Of a stretch of DNA of 64,000 nt, positions 37,876 to 52,462 are shown piece after piece. Under the pieces are notes generated by a model. That model ran no database searches, was not told the DNA's origin, and saw only the letters and a program-made list of their open reading frames with translations. The DNA lies in assembly GCA_964187785.1 (NCBI GenBank), contig OZ076409.1:47184001-47248000 (forward strand), written 5' to 3'. Numbering within the stretch: the first letter of the stretch is position 1; every line of letters starts with the position of its first letter. Both the position numbers and the translations under genes were made by a program. Origin of the DNA: Amphiscolops sp. MND2022 (lineage: Eukaryota).

Positions 37876-38217
37876 ATGCCTTGCCACAAACTATTTTTGA
37901 ACTTACAGTGGGTAGTTCCACAAGAGCTCAAAAACCTCGATATTGAGGTAGTTACAATCACAAAAATATATTGGACCTTCAGAGGAAAAGTCATCAGAGT
38001 TTGTTTCTTTGGAATTCAATTCAACCGCTCTCATCCGCTACCCGTGAAAAAGACCCCAACCAAATTCAACATACACCTTCACCCTCAGTCAAAAAGTTTC
38101 AAGGACTTGTACGAAGTGCTGTGCTACCATGCTCTGGACAACAAGGATCCACTACTGGAAGAACTGCTGTGCTTTATGTCCAGCAAGGAGATTTCTTTCG
38201 AAAAACTATTTGACTAG
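37876..38217 (+). CDS. Orphan 113-aa ORF, unknown function
   Basis: ATG-started, non-repetitive, protein-like composition; upstream ATTGG boxes (37535-37572) and GTGGGA motifs; AT-rich downstream. Confidence 0.45.
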   Translation: MPCHKLFLNLQWVVPQELKNLDIEVVTITKIYWTFRGKVIRVCFFGIQFNRSHPLPVKKTPTKFNIHLHPQSKSFKDLYEVLCYHALDNKDPLLEELLCFMSSKEISFEKLFD

Positions 38218-38556
38218 TCTTTGGACAAATCATTCTTTAACATAAAACTCTAATTGCACGCACTTATTGTGTTTTTTGTTTCCATTTGTATCAGCCTATT
38301 CATTTATAAAAAAATAGTTGTTTGTGTAATTGTTTCAAATATTTGTTCAGTTGATTTTCTGTTTTAGTAGAAACTTTTTGAAAAAATTGTTATTGATTAT
38401 TTGAATATTGACATTTAAACATGATTACAAGGTAATGGACCATGTCATCAATCCCCCCCCAAACTGTAGAAAAATAAGACACAAGGTTCAAATACCATTA
38501 TGTCGACATCGTTTGCGTTGAAATTTTTAGAATTAGTGAATATTCTGCTTCGTGAC

Positions 38557-38982
38557 CAGGGATACGCAATAAATAATTAACTGCAAAATAACTGCAATAT
38601 TTCTTCAAAATAATTTATTCCTTGACGTAAATATTATTTAAAATTAATTTTCAGGAGTTAGCTATAAAAATAACTGCGGAAAAACTGGGTCAAACTTCTA
38701 AATTATTTAATATTAATATTTCTGTGGAGTAAGGCGTAAACAGGCGTTGAAAACTGCATATACAAACCTCATTATTCTGCATTAAAAAATAGTCAAACTG
38801 TTCAAAGTTTGTTGATTCCTGATGATAATTAACATTCTGAATATTGCGTTTTGACAAAAAAAATTTGCAATTAATAATTTTTCAAAACCAAAAATTGTAA
38901 TAATTTATTCAGCAGCCCAAAAAATATTAAGTTTTTGCTGCGTAAAAGCAATAGTATTGCAATATTTTATTGCATATCCCTG
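38557..38982. mobile_element. hAT-type MITE
   Basis: TIR cagggatacgcaata / tattgcatatccctg; perfect 8-bp TSD ttcgtgac. Confidence 0.9.
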
Positions 38983-41900
38983 TTCGTGACACCCTACCAT
39001 ATGGTCCAAGGTAATTTAAGTTTTGAAACCAAAATATGTTCTTTTCTGTTACTTCCCCCATAGTAAGCGCAAAAATTTTAATTCAATTTTTAAAGAGATG
39101 CGGTTACTAGATATATACCTACCTCATGAACCTCCATTACCTATAAAACTGGACCCTATCCGAACGCAGCAGCAAAACAACATTTTGTGGTAGTTATAAT
39201 CAGATCCAGAAAAGAAATTATAAAGAAACGCAATGTGGTTGAGCATGAAAAGGTGTTATATTGACCACGAAAAGCACGCCTATTTTGATTCTCAAGCTAG
39301 CTTGTTGCATAGCTGGAGAATTGAAGTTCATTGAACGACGGAAAGAAGCGCAATGAGATTGAGCATACGTGCAACGGGTCTGCCAAGTTGCCTTTGTTTA
39401 TTTAATTTACATGTACATGTTGCTCCTAAAACTATAGCTTACATGTACAAGCTAATACAGTCCTGTGATAAAAGAATGGAACCACAAATTGGTAATAATA
39501 TTTGGAACACCTAATTTTTCTGCCCATATCTCTGAAACTATTGATATTCAAGAAAAATGTCTCAAATAAAAGTTTCTCAAAATTTAACCTAGTTTATATT
39601 TGTTTTTTTGAAACTTCTATGGCAAATATTGGGGGAAACTAGCTCCCAATACCTCTCTATGTAAAAGTTGGTTTGTCAACCAAGTTTTGAACCTTTTCTG
39701 TTTATTCCCTACCAGTTAAGCGGACAAATGAAATTTTGATTGAATTAATAGTAACAAACAATCAAATTGCAGTATTTTATAACTCTAACTGCAACTGAAA
39801 CTCATCGCTGATAGTGGTGGGGAATTAAAGTTTCCGCGCTTACTGTGCGGGGGGGGGGGAAGGGGGGTATGAACAAAAAAGATCCGAAGTTTTTAATTTT
39901 TGCCAAACAGTTTTGATTAGTTTTTGTTTATCTACCGGTTATTAGACGAGTGGAAACTAGACAAAAATCCAAGAAACTTTTGTTTTTAACATATTTCGGA
40001 AAATTCGACAGTTTTTGAGAAATTTGCAATCTCATTTGGTGTTCCCCCCACAACACGAAAGCACTTTTTGTTCTCTAATAAAACAATTTCACTAATAAGA
40101 CAAAATTATCGATAATCAATAAAAACGGCACGAACGGAGCTAAATAGTCGCTCAGGCAGGTTGGATGTTGACTTAATCCTTGGGCTAAAATAAATAATTT
40201 TTTTGTATTTATTGAAAATTATGTATCAATAAACTATTTATTTTGCACCCCTGGGTACAGTTAGTTCTAAAATATCGCAACTCCTTTGCTTAAAATTTCT
40301 TAGAATTTTATCTAGTTTACAAAAATGTTTTGGAATTTAAAAAGAGTATTTCATTTCAAAAAAGAACTAATTCCGTTTCTATCTTATACAAAAATCTCCC
40401 AAAAGCTATTCAAGTGAAAGTTTCTCAATTTTTCAATAAGAGTTGAGGCGTTGAGGCAACTAGCGTTGGTGGGACATAGACACCTTTTTACTAGGCTTTG
40501 GTGGGACATGCATTAGGTGGGACATAAAAGGTTCGCCATATGAATGAGTTAAAGTAAACAAATAAGAATTAAAAGCCGAATGGTTAGAGCAATAGATTCG
40601 GAGTCTGATGAAGAAGCTGAAAGTATCTATCGATGTCTTGAATTCTATTTCTGTAGCTTGTTAACCCTAACTGGACCAAGAAAATTCCGGATCCACCCAA
40701 AACTCTGGTGCTAAAATATTGAGGCCTTTTTGAAATGATCTAGAACAAAATATTTTTGCAGTTTTGCGGGAGGTATAATACTCGGTCACTTGGATTTGTA
40801 CGTAAACTCTAATATGCTACGGCAACTTAATTCCAATTCGTTCAATCATATTTTGTATATCACTGTAGTTCAAATGTGATAGTATCACAAATATTTCTCA
40901 AGTTGAACAAAGCAGACTTAGTGGGACATAGACCGCCTTTTTACAAAGCCTTGGTGGGATGGCCACTTCTTTTGAAAAAAAATATAGGGCCATTGCTTAA
41001 AGAGGTGAGCCTTCTCGATTCCAGTATGAATTTTTTTATGTAAGAAAAAGACGCTTCTTGTAAAAAGTCGGCGCCAAAAAAGGCGCATAGTGCTGAAAAA
41101 ACCCTAAGGGCGGACACTTTAGTCACCCCTCTACTTCTGGAAGCATAAGAAAACTTTGTGGTTTAGTGCCAGAGATCGACAAACCTTTGCAAAACCATGG
41201 GACCCAAATAATCGAGTACGAAATGACAGCCATGATAATTCGAGCATTGTTTCGATCAATTTGTTTTGGATATTTCCGTCATTTTCTCCCAAAGCCATTG
41301 TCTATCAAATTGCAACTGTTAAATGAACGTAAAAACCTATAGGGTTGTCTTTACAGCTCTTTTGACATTAGCAGCAAACAAGGCTACTAAATTTATCGCT
41401 ATGTACCAAACTTTATCAGTTGAAGACAGGAAATGGAAAATATCAATTGCAATTTAATTGATATTCAAAAATGGCACAAAAAATTAATTGCACTTTTCGA
41501 AAAACTCCAATTCAATTGATCAATTATTTGGCAATTAATTTCAACGAAAAACATTTAAAATTTCATTCATACTATCACAATCAAAAATGATGTTCGGAAT
41601 AAGCTTTTTACGAAATTTGCAACAAATTAGCGCCTGGAATTACGTTAATATTTGCCAAGTATGCACTCAATTCATTTAGCTATGTTTGGCTATACAAATA
41701 TGCCCGAGAAATAGGCTAAGAGAATTGCAATGTATTGGTTTTCATTGCCTACTTTCCAATCAATTCTTTGACGTCTTAAAATTACCCAATAAAAATATTT
41801 TCATTGAAAAATTGCAATTTATTGTTCATCAATCAAAATTTTCCAATTCCTGGTTAAAGATTCTTTTCAAATTCTTTCTACCTGGGGGGGGGTGGAATAA

Positions 41901-43234
41901 ATGACATGGTCTTAAAGTTGTTCACTTGATAAAAATGATTACGTACCAAACAACATACAAGGTTACCGAAAAAATCATTTCAATGAAAATAACTGCAATC
42001 AAGCAATAACAATAATTTATTTTTGAGATCATGGAATAAAAATCATTCGCTTCTCGATTAGAAGCCACATTAAGCACATGGGCTCCCAAAAAGTAATTTC
42101 TCATCGAAATTATTTTAATTAATTTTTTATTTTTTTGATTTTTCCATAAAAATTATTTATTTTTTGATATTAGAAATAAAATTTATTTTTTTTCAGATCC
42201 ATTATTGAAAAATTATTTTTGTGACCACCGCCATTTGAGTGCCGCCATTGTGTCTGTGACCGCGAAGAGGACGAATTAACGCGCGAAAGACTTTTCAGCC
42301 GATCAAAACTGACGCAGGGGTATCTGAGACAAAACATGACCCCCATGCATCTTGAAGGATCTGTTTTTCTATTTGTAAATAGATCATTCTGGGATGTGCA
42401 AACTGTCGAAAAAATATTTTTTGCTTTTTGCCATAATGGCCATTATTTATTTTTATTGCTGAGAAATCAAAATAATTCATTTTTCTGTACGAGAAATAAA
42501 AATTTTTTATTTTTGGAGTGCCATAATATGGCCATTATTTTTTCGGAGCCCCTGATTAAGCATGAAAAGTTTATCATAAAAGCCATATCTTACTGTATTT
42601 CTTCGAATATAAGCAGCGAAATCACTGCAGAAAAAGGTAAAAGAAACTCGGTAATGATAATTTGGTTCGTTGTGATGGGAATTGAACTGATAAAGAAACG
42701 CCATGTGACTGAGCATGAAAATTTCTTTCATTCATTCTCAACCTAGAGCTAGCTTGTAGCAAAGCTGGAGGATTGAACGACTGAAAAGAAACGCAATGTG
42801 ATTGAGCATGTTTTTGTGATTAGCGTACGTGTAACGTGTCTGCCTTGTTTTATTTGTTTAATTTATTTACTTCTAATTTTGAACTGACGAGTTGCATCAA
42901 AGTCTAGCTGCTTCTAAAACTGAACACGCCTGATTTGGTGGAATAAGTCACATGGTCCTAAAATTTAACATTTTAAGTTTTTGTTTCAATGTTATACCAA
43001 AAGGGGACATTGGCTCAGATATCTACAGATAGACGACAGGAGATACCTACCTCATGAACTTATATTTTATTGAACAATTCTGCCAGAGTGTTTAACTTTG
43101 GTGATCTGACAAGCGGAAGCTGTTGCACTGAACCATATTCCCCTACATAAGGTAAACTAAATTCGATATTAATAGCTTAGCTCATACCATACTGTTATAT
43201 TGATGATGTAGTACAGTAGTGTTCTATGATGTAG

Positions 43235-43610
43235 TACAATAGCGTTCTAAAATATCGCAGCTCCAATGCTTAAAATTGCAAATTTCAAATCCAACTTTCT
43301 TGAAAATTGTCACAAATACGAAAAAGTGTCAGCTAGGAAAGTTTCTTAGAATTTTATCTAGTTTACGAAAAAGTTTGTTTGAAATTTTTGCGACAAAAAT
43401 TACAAAAGTTAGAAAATGGAAATTTTGACAAAATTTAATCAAATTTGTACTTTTTCTGTACAAAGTTTGTATACAAAATGAAAAATATATTTTTGCAAAA
43501 TTTTCAGTCAATCATTTGCAGATTCAGATCACTTTTTCTCGCAGACCTTTCAAACAAACATTTTTGTAAACTAGATAAAATTCTAACAAACTTTCCTAGC
43601 TGGCAAAATT
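43235..43610. mobile_element. Abundant DNA-transposon-derived repeat beginning TA|CAGTAGCGTTCTAAAATATCGCAAC (Tc1/mariner-like end); fragments also at ~15335, 40257, 45775, 46120, 48396, 49050, 58000, 58993, 60130-60370, 63852
   Basis: The shared block tcagctaggaaagtttcttagaattttatctagtttacaaaaatgtttgtttgaaa occurs in both orientations. Confidence 0.65.
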
Positions 43611-46600
43611 TCGGTGCCGTTGTAAGTTCGCCAGATTTAAGTTCGCCACGTATAAGTTAGCCCCTACAATTTAGCCACATTTAAGTTAGCCACCATATAA
43701 GATCGCCACGTTTGTTTTCGCCACATTTCAGCTAATGAAAGAATTCCATATCAGCGAATATTTTCATTTGGTTATGATTAGTGGCGATTAGCATACTTGT
43801 TGTATGGCTCGGTCGCTTCGCTCCCTTCGCCAAGTAGCAACATTGAGGCATAGCCATTTGGCACGTCGCTCCGCTTCGCTTCGCTTCGCTCCTGCATTTA
43901 GGGCACTAGGGGTATGTGAACATATCTGACTACGTTATCCTAATTTTGAATGATCGAATTTGATTGGCCGAAAATGTGGTGAACTTGTATGTGGCGAACA
44001 TATAAGGTGGCTAAATTAAATATGGCTAAGATTTACGGGCTAACTTATATGTCAACACAAACCACAAATAACTAAACAGAAAAGTAAAATCTTCACATGA
44101 ACAAAAATTTTCCGAATAGTAATTTTTGGACTTTGTTTACCCTGGAAGTCAGTTTTGTTTTTATGTTTATATTTATTTGAATCAAATTTCATTTTCCAAA
44201 TGCTAATTGGGACTAATTTCAATCTAATTTGATTCGAGATTAATAGTTCGAAAAATTCTTTTCGTAACAATTCTCAATTTTTGTCGCAGAGAATTTTTAA
44301 AACACTAATAAAAACTAGATGAAAGTCTAAGAAACTTTCACTTATGATGTAATTCAAAATTTCGAAAAATCAGAACCTAAAGTCGCTTGTGGGACGATTT
44401 CTTAATCACAATACTGTACATGTATTGGCAAATCATCAGCTTATCGGACAGAATACGAATCTATTTTCTATCACATTCCGCTTCTTTTTGAAACTATCTT
44501 TCCTCAACTACACTGCGTTTCTTTTCTATTGAACTTATACTTTCTTTTATTGTTCTTGATTTAGGGGGGGGCTTATATGACGAACATACCGTAGATCAAC
44601 ATTTTCCCTTTCACAATTGGCGAGGGGGGCTTATTTGCCGGGATATACGGTATGATCTAAAAGAAACGCAAGGTGATTGATATCGAATGCAAACTTTTGG
44701 GATAACAAAAATGTTGCGTCTCTGTGCCAATATTTTTATTTTGTGAAAATTAGATTAACTTCGTCATTCAAAAAATTTCTTTGAGGTGAAAATGTGATAG
44801 AGAATTGATTTGTATTGTTTCACTAGAAGTTCTAGTGAAACAATACAAATCAAATATATCACATTGCGTTTCTTTTAGATCATACGTCTAGTGAAACAAT
44901 ACAATACACTTCTAATCTCAATCATATTGCGTTTCTCTCTCTACGTTAACTCAAACAAGATCCCACCTTTTATGTCCCACCAAATGCCCGTCCCACCAAG
45001 GCATAATAAAAAGGGTCTATGTCCCACTAAATCTGGTTTCCTCAACACAATCCACTAAATATATACAACAGTGTTGGCATGTTTTAAAACAGACTGTTTT
45101 GAAACAGTTTTGAAACACTGTTTTAAAACGTTTGAAGCGTATAAAAATACTTTTAAACGTTTTTTATCCAACCCTGATTTACAATCATGTAATAGTCCCT
45201 TTTATGTCAAATAACTTGACCAATAAGGGACCTTTATATGAATGAGTTTTCTTGTTTGGGGAAAAATTTTCTTCAAAGAAATCAAGTTCCATACATATTG
45301 GCTGTAACAGCACTAAAAGTTGGTAGTTTGAATTCTGCTGTATGAGACTCAGGTATGAAAGTGTATGAGTAGGTTGTACTTCCAAAAAGCCTGGTTGGAG
45401 TAATCATACTACGCGAGGAAGTGGAAAGGAACATTGCTCTCAACACCGCTGCATTATTTCCACTGTGGAGGCGATTGAAACATCAACAATCACAGTGGTA
45501 TCTATTCCATGAACCATGTCGGTTGCTCCTACCGTGGTTCGAACCACCATTTCACTATGCAGCTAGTGTGAGAGCAATCTTTCGCGCAACCGACTACTCC
45601 AACAAGACCTTGAATTGTCTGCTCGTGTTGCAGCTCATATAGCAATTTTATTGCGAAATAATAAAGATATAAGAACGCTGCAGCCAACAGCATTTTGTGG
45701 TAGTTCTAATCAGGGGTGCGCAATTTTGCGTTTATATTCTTCATATTGCATTGTTTCTTTTAGATCATATTTCCACAGTAGCGTTCTAACGTTCTAAAAT
45801 ATCGCAACTTTAATGCTTATAATGTCAAAAGTCAAACCCAAATATCTGGTAAACTGTCACGAAAATTAAGTAACGTAGAATCAAAGTTTTTAGACTTTTT
45901 TTCATCCGGACACTCGCTATATTTTCCCCAACCTACTGATGTTTTCATCGAGAATTTGTTTCGAAATACAATATATTTTGTGTCTATGAGCACTGAAGTA
46001 CATGTATTAAGATAGGGTATAAGAATTGTTTTTAGAAAGCTGACAATTATAATTTGAAATCGAAAAAGCTTTTCAATCCAACTATATCAGCATCCTGACG
46101 ATACTTGGCGGCAATTCATCCACAAAAAATTTGCAAATTTTTTTTCGCAGAAAATTCAGATAATTTTGTAAACTAGATAAAATTCAAAGAAACTTTCCTT
46201 GCTGACATTTTTTGTATTTGTGGCAATTTTCAAGAAATTAGCCTTTCATTTTTAACAACCGTGACTTACATTTATATAGATCATAATTCTAGTGAAACAA
46301 TAAACTCGGACCATGTCATCTCTCCCCCCCCCATGTACACCTTGGTACGAATTTCCCACCCAACACGAAAGCACATTTTCTTCTGGAATAAAAATATTTC
46401 ACTGATAAGAGAATATTATTCTTTTACTTAAAGGATTGTCTCTACAACTGTTTGGACACTTCAGGTAAAAAATCCATAATTTTTTGATATTATTGTCCAA
46501 AATAGCATAAATTCACGCTTGGAACAAGATACATTAATTGAAATTTAGTTCTCTTTGTTTATTTGCTCTTTGCAAATCCACCTTTATTTGGACAATTAGA

Positions 46601-47291
46601 AAATAATTCAGCAGATAATTTGAAATAAAAATACAAACAGTGCTGTGGAAATTTGAAAGATTTTAATCAAAAAACTAACTAACCAACAGAAAACGATTTA
46701 GGTCACCTGTAGGTTAGGCTTTGTATGACATATTAAGAAAGAGAGCTGGAGAAACAAGATAAAAGTGATTCCAGGTATCCTCGAAACTCTTCAAAGTAAT
46801 TTGTACTGATACTTGGACTTAGAACGGCTTGAAAATCAGAGGAATTATGCGGGAGAACAAAAATTATAACAAATGCCGGAAATAAGTTCATCAAAACTGA
46901 ATTTTAACTCAATTCAGTATTATAGCCGCAACGTGCTAATTAAAGAAGTCACTGTGGCAACTAAGGTCATTGACAGTTCGGGGAAGGTGCGAATTTGTTT
47001 AAGCAAAAGTTGTGACGTTATGCTCGGCTGCTATCACACGGCCATCGCACGTTAAACACTACTGTAGGAAAGGCAATGGGATGACTCATCATTGATGAGC
47101 ATGCTATTGAGCCTGCTGCTAGCAAGCAACTTCACAACTCTGAAAAACAAGCGCCGTGTGATGGGCATGTGAAGTTCAGTTGCAGTTGGAGATAAGTTTC
47201 ACGTGAATGAGAACATCTTTTGTCGGGCACAAATAACAGCTGAGATTACAAATCTCAACGGTTATTTTTGCCCAGTATAATTTAGTTTTAA

Positions 47292-47956
47292 GGAGGCTCT
47301 CAGTTAGGGGATCACATAGTGTCGCCCATAACAAGACCCACGGCGAGAACGTGGCCTCTGAAGGGTCTCAAAAATCTAAGTTTACAAATTCTAGTACAAA
47401 AATATGCTAACTACCAGAGCTTCCGAAATTTTATTTGGGATCAAATAATTCAAATAATTTGAACCAAAATCAGTTATTTGAATAATAGAAACTTGCAAGC
47501 TTTTGATCATTTAATTGGCAATAGTTGAAGCATTATTTTCGGTAATAATATTCTTAAGACTTTCATCCCAAGATAGTCTATTCATCTTCAAAAATTTCAA
47601 GGGTTCATTGGAAAAATACTTATCTGAAACCGTATAAGGGCTAATCCGCGGTAGTAAAGAACCTTTCCATATAATTAGAGTTCGGCACTATGAAATCAAT
47701 ATCAAACTAATCAGACATGCTTTGTGTTTTCCATTTTTTCATTAATAATTTCTAGTGTGCGTCACATTTCAATGCATCATTCCAGGCAAAAAAATCACAA
47801 TTACTTGTTAAACAAGCGGAAGCCCTAATAACTACACTTTTACAAAATTTTAATTGTACAAAATACCTTTTAACGGGTATTTACCTAGAAACTCGAAACT
47901 AATAAACATTGTGCACGGACATACAAAGGTTTTGCGACGGCGTTCTTCATTTACAG
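47292..47956 (-). pseudogene. Copy of the 62.4-63.3 kb RING cassette with the RING coding region deleted
   Basis: Colinear with 62422-63345; only the acceptor ttctag and the last codons (..GILYN*) remain at 47850-47886. Confidence 0.8.
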
Positions 47957-50900
47957 TGGGGGAAATTTTGTATTAGAGGGCAGGAATGTTCAAAATGAGA
48001 AAGGTACTAATAACTGATCTTGATTTTCAGTTACTAGTATAATTACTAGTGCCCTAAATGCAGGAGCGGAGCGAGGTGCCATATGGTCATGCCTCAATGT
48101 TCACGGCCCCTAGAAAGTTGCGGAATTGAAATTAAACAAATCGTGAGAACATTTGCGTTAAAAAGTCTTGAACTACTTCGATGAAAGAGCAACGCGATGT
48201 GATTTCGAGTACTTCGATGAAATAGCAACGCGATGTGATTTTGAGTAATTTCATCTGAAATAGCAACGCGATGTGATTTCGAGCACTTCGATGAAATAGC
48301 AACGCGATGTGATTTCGAGTAACTTCGGTGAAATAGCAACGCGATGTGATTTTCGAGTACCTTCTTTGAAATAGCATCGCGATGTGGTTTTCGAGTACAA
48401 TTCTAAAATATCGCAACCTCATAGCATAAAATGGCAAAATTCAAAACCAAATATCAGGAGATTTGGTGGCAATTGATTGACTGAAATTTTTTCAAAAATA
48501 TATTTTCAATTTTGTGAAGATCCGGAAAAAGTACAAACTTGAATGAATTTTGTCAAAATTTCAAATTACTAATTCTTGAAATTTTTGTCGCAGAAAATTC
48601 AAACAAACATTTTTGTAAACTACATAAAATTTTAAGAAACTTTCCTAGCTGACACGTTTTCGTATCTGTGACAGTTTTCAAGAAATTTCGATTTGAAATT
48701 TGCAATTTTGAGCATTTGAGTTTTAATGAAAAAGCAACGCGGTGTGATCAGGGTTACCGAAAATGTTATTTTGATAATATTTTAGCCAAAAATACAGTTA
48801 TTTTATTTCTATTCTCAAAAATAAATAATTGCAAAACTTTTGTGTTGAATAAATGATGAATGTGAGTGAAACTGATTAAGTTTAATTGGAGAAGAATTCT
48901 GAGAAATCTGAGAAGTCTCAAGTGTCAACGAAGTTGAAATTTTGTAAATCCGTTACGAACCATGCGGAGACTGAACGGAATTTTCACCGAGTGTCAGGAC
49001 TGCTGTGACGTCATAATTAATATGATAGTAGCGTTCAGTAAATGTAGCTTTCTAAAATATCGCAACTCCGCTGCTTAAAATTGCAAATTTCAAATCCAAA
49101 TTTGTTGGAAACTGTCACAAATACGAAAAATTGTCAGCTATGGAAGTTTTTAAGAATTTGATCTAGTTCACAAAAATGTTTAATGGAAATTTCTACGACC
49201 CTTTTTGAAAAAGTTAAAAATACAAAATACTTTACCGTATATTCCGGCAGGGGTATTCAAAAAATAATTTCGGGGAAATTTATCGCGAAAAATAAAACAG
49301 AAGAAAATTCAACTCAAAACAGAAAGTCGTTGAATTTCTTGTGACTGCACAAAATAGTGTCAACAAATTTGTATCTTAATTCTAAACTGTCACCATGGAA
49401 ATAAAGATAGAATTAAAGGTTTATGGTTTATAATTTATGTTTTGTGATATTTTTTACTAATTTCTCAAAAACAATCGGCGGTGGGGGGGGGGATGGTTTT
49501 AACAGCAAAGAGCCAAAATGTGGGATGTTGATTAGATTTCTTTATAATATTGAGTTTTGAAACTTGAATCTTTTTCGTGGCAAGTATTTACGTGACAGAA
49601 TATGGAAATTGATAATTCACATAATTTCCACAATATTTGGGTTTTAATGTAATTATTGCAATTTATTATGGCTGATGTTATAGAGGCAGTCTTACATTCG
49701 CCATACCGTATTAGGAAAACCTGACGTGTAGGTAAACTTATTTCATAATTAAACAGTTTTTTTCACACTCTAAAAAATAAATTGGACCACTGATTGTGAA
49801 AATGATTTGGACTGAACAAAAGGTACCGATATCTCCGCAACTATTTTCTGCTAAAAACTATTCAAGTGAAAGTTTCTCAATTTATCAATACGAGTTGAGG
49901 CGTTGAGGCAACTAGCGTTGGTGGGACATAGACACCTTTTTACTAGGCCTTGGTGGGACGGGCATTAGGTGGGACATACAGATTTTGGCAACCGAATTGG
50001 ATTTCTGTACACATCATCAGCCAAAATAAACTTTTATATCATATTTTAAAAAAAGTGTATTTTATTTCAAAAATTGAAACTTTCGTTTCAATCTTTCACA
50101 AAATGGGGACAGGTGCTCAGATATCTAAAGATAGGCCACACTATTCTGTCACGGTGGAGCCTCAAGTTGTCAGAGTGTTTAACCTCGGTGATCTAAGAAG
50201 CGGATGCTGAAGCTCTGAGCCATAGTCCCCTATATACGGTAAACTAACTTGAGTATATACAGTATACGCAAAACATGTAAATACTCCATGCCGTGTTCAT
50301 TCACATTCTTTCAGCTCTTATTCCTAGTGAACCAAAACCAATCTAATTCCAATCACATTGCGTTTCTTTTAGATGGTGGATTCCCAAATAACATAAGAGT
50401 AAATATTTTTCAAACAACAAAAATGGAAAAGTATGAAAATTACAGAGAAAAACTCTTAAGTTCAAAAGTTTAATCGGGTATTCAGCTATATTTTTGTTAT
50501 ATGAAATTAACTTTCCTCTTTATGTTTTTTATGTGACTAATCTATTATTATTAATATTATTGAGTAATTCGGTGATGTCCGTTTTTATTCTTAATTTGAA
50601 TGGAATATAAAATATTGATTTTATTTAAAATAACCATATCTACTACAATATAAATTATTGGGAACCTCCAAACCAAGAGCCTCTTTAAAACTTAATTACA
50701 ACAAGTTTTTTTGGAAAGCAACAATCATAGGGCTCTAGGCTCAGCGTGGCTTAGCTGAAGTGGCCGATTTGAACGTAACGGTTGCTTAAAAGTTGCTTAA
50801 ATGTGGTGGAAGAAGCGGGCCTATACCCAGGTTCGATGAAGAATTCAGTGACACTTTGTCATCCAGACGTAGGGCGAAAAATCAAAGCTTTGTACGAGAA

Positions 50901-51844
50901 TGGGTGACATATTGGAGTAGTAATGTACTGCAGTATTACCCTTGGAGAGTTCAAAATAGACTATCAAGATGTGCCAGGGTTGATCAAATTATGATTTTTA
51001 TTTATTTTAAACAGACAAATAGGATTTAAAATATCTTAATCCGGATTCGTGATTTAAACCATCTTCCCGACTTTAAAAAAATCTGTGGTGGACCCCAGAC
51101 GTCTTACCCCCCCCCCCACTTAGAGCTGCGGTGGAACAAAATGGACGATTTGGCCCAGAGTTATCCAAAAAATGTTCAAAATTAAATTCAATTTAAATCA
51201 AATTTATTTAAAAGGTGTTTTTAAGAACTGTTTAGAACTTTAAAACAGAAGAGAAGCTCTCAGGTGATATCGCTGCTTGCTGTGAATCAAACAATACCAA
51301 TCAGCTTGGTAATTAGCGCTGGTTTGAACGGTGTGGTTTAACACCATTTTGATTTAAAACCTAAAATTTTCATTTAAATTTTCTTTCAAAATACGTATTT
51401 TCCTTGTGATTCTTTATTCACTGTATTTCGAAACTTAAATTGAGAGCAGTTTTGGCATATCATCTTTTATTTCAAAACTGGGTGGTAATTTACTTGATTC
51501 TCTAATATCACTAACTTAGAAAATTGTTATTACTGACTTAGTTTATTTAAAAGTAAGGTTAATTGGTCAAGTGCAAGACGTTATTTCAATTATTTAATTA
51601 GTTGGTTACTTGAGTGAAAGGACAAAACAAACTTCTGAAAACAAAGCAAGTTACGAGTAAAAGACAGAGTAAAGTAACGATGTGTTTTGTCAATGATCTG
51701 GCTCCATTGATCATTCAATCTCCAAACACTAAAACGATCGCTTCCTTCAAAACACTGACAATCAGACTTTCAAAACGCAATACACTATCAAAAATATACC
51801 TGAACATCAGAATACCTTAACGCAATACCATACGAAGTCTCAGA

Positions 51845-52454
51845 ATGCTGATCTGCGCCGTTTGTGGGGAGGAACTGTACAACTTCATTTGGTCGCTTGA
51901 TGAGAACCACGCGATCTGCAGTGAGTGCCGCGATGCTTGGATCAAAGTCCTCGAGAGGCAAGTTTCACAACTTTTCTGATTTTGAAATTTGTAGTTGAAG
52001 ATGACAAATTTTTCACTTCAAAATTTTCCCATATTATCACTGACGAATATCGAAAAGAACCCGACATTTCACCGATTTGTTTTTTGATGCTATGAAACTA
52101 TTACTCTTCTGTTTTTCTTAGTGGGACTTAGTGGGACTCAGACCCCCTCTTTTTCACTCTGCCTTGAAGGGACGGGCATTAGGTGGGACATAAAAGGTGG
52201 GACCTCCTATGAGGCGTAGTCAAAAGTGACTGAAAGTGGCTAAAGTTCGACCGAGTGCTTAATACTGGCACATTGGCTTCGTTTTCAGAAAAAACCAACA
52301 ATGAGGAAAACGGAACTAGAAGCTTGATATAAAACAAACTTATTCATGATATTCAAAAATCATCCATATTGTGAGTTACAGGCAAACGACCACTGACAGC
52401 ATCATTTGGGTGAAGTGCCCTCTGTGTAGGAAAGAATCCCTACTGAAAGCTTGA
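51845..52454 (+). CDS. 61-aa spliced RING-like micro-protein with a GC-AG intron (not in ORF track)
   Basis: Exon 51845-51957, donor AG|GCAAGT, acceptor ttacag|G, exon 52382-52454. The spliced product is MLICAVCGEELYNFIWSLDENHAICSECRDAWIKVLERQTTTDSIIWVKCPLCRKESLLKA*. Confidence 0.68.
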
Positions 52455-52462
52455 TCAAGCGT

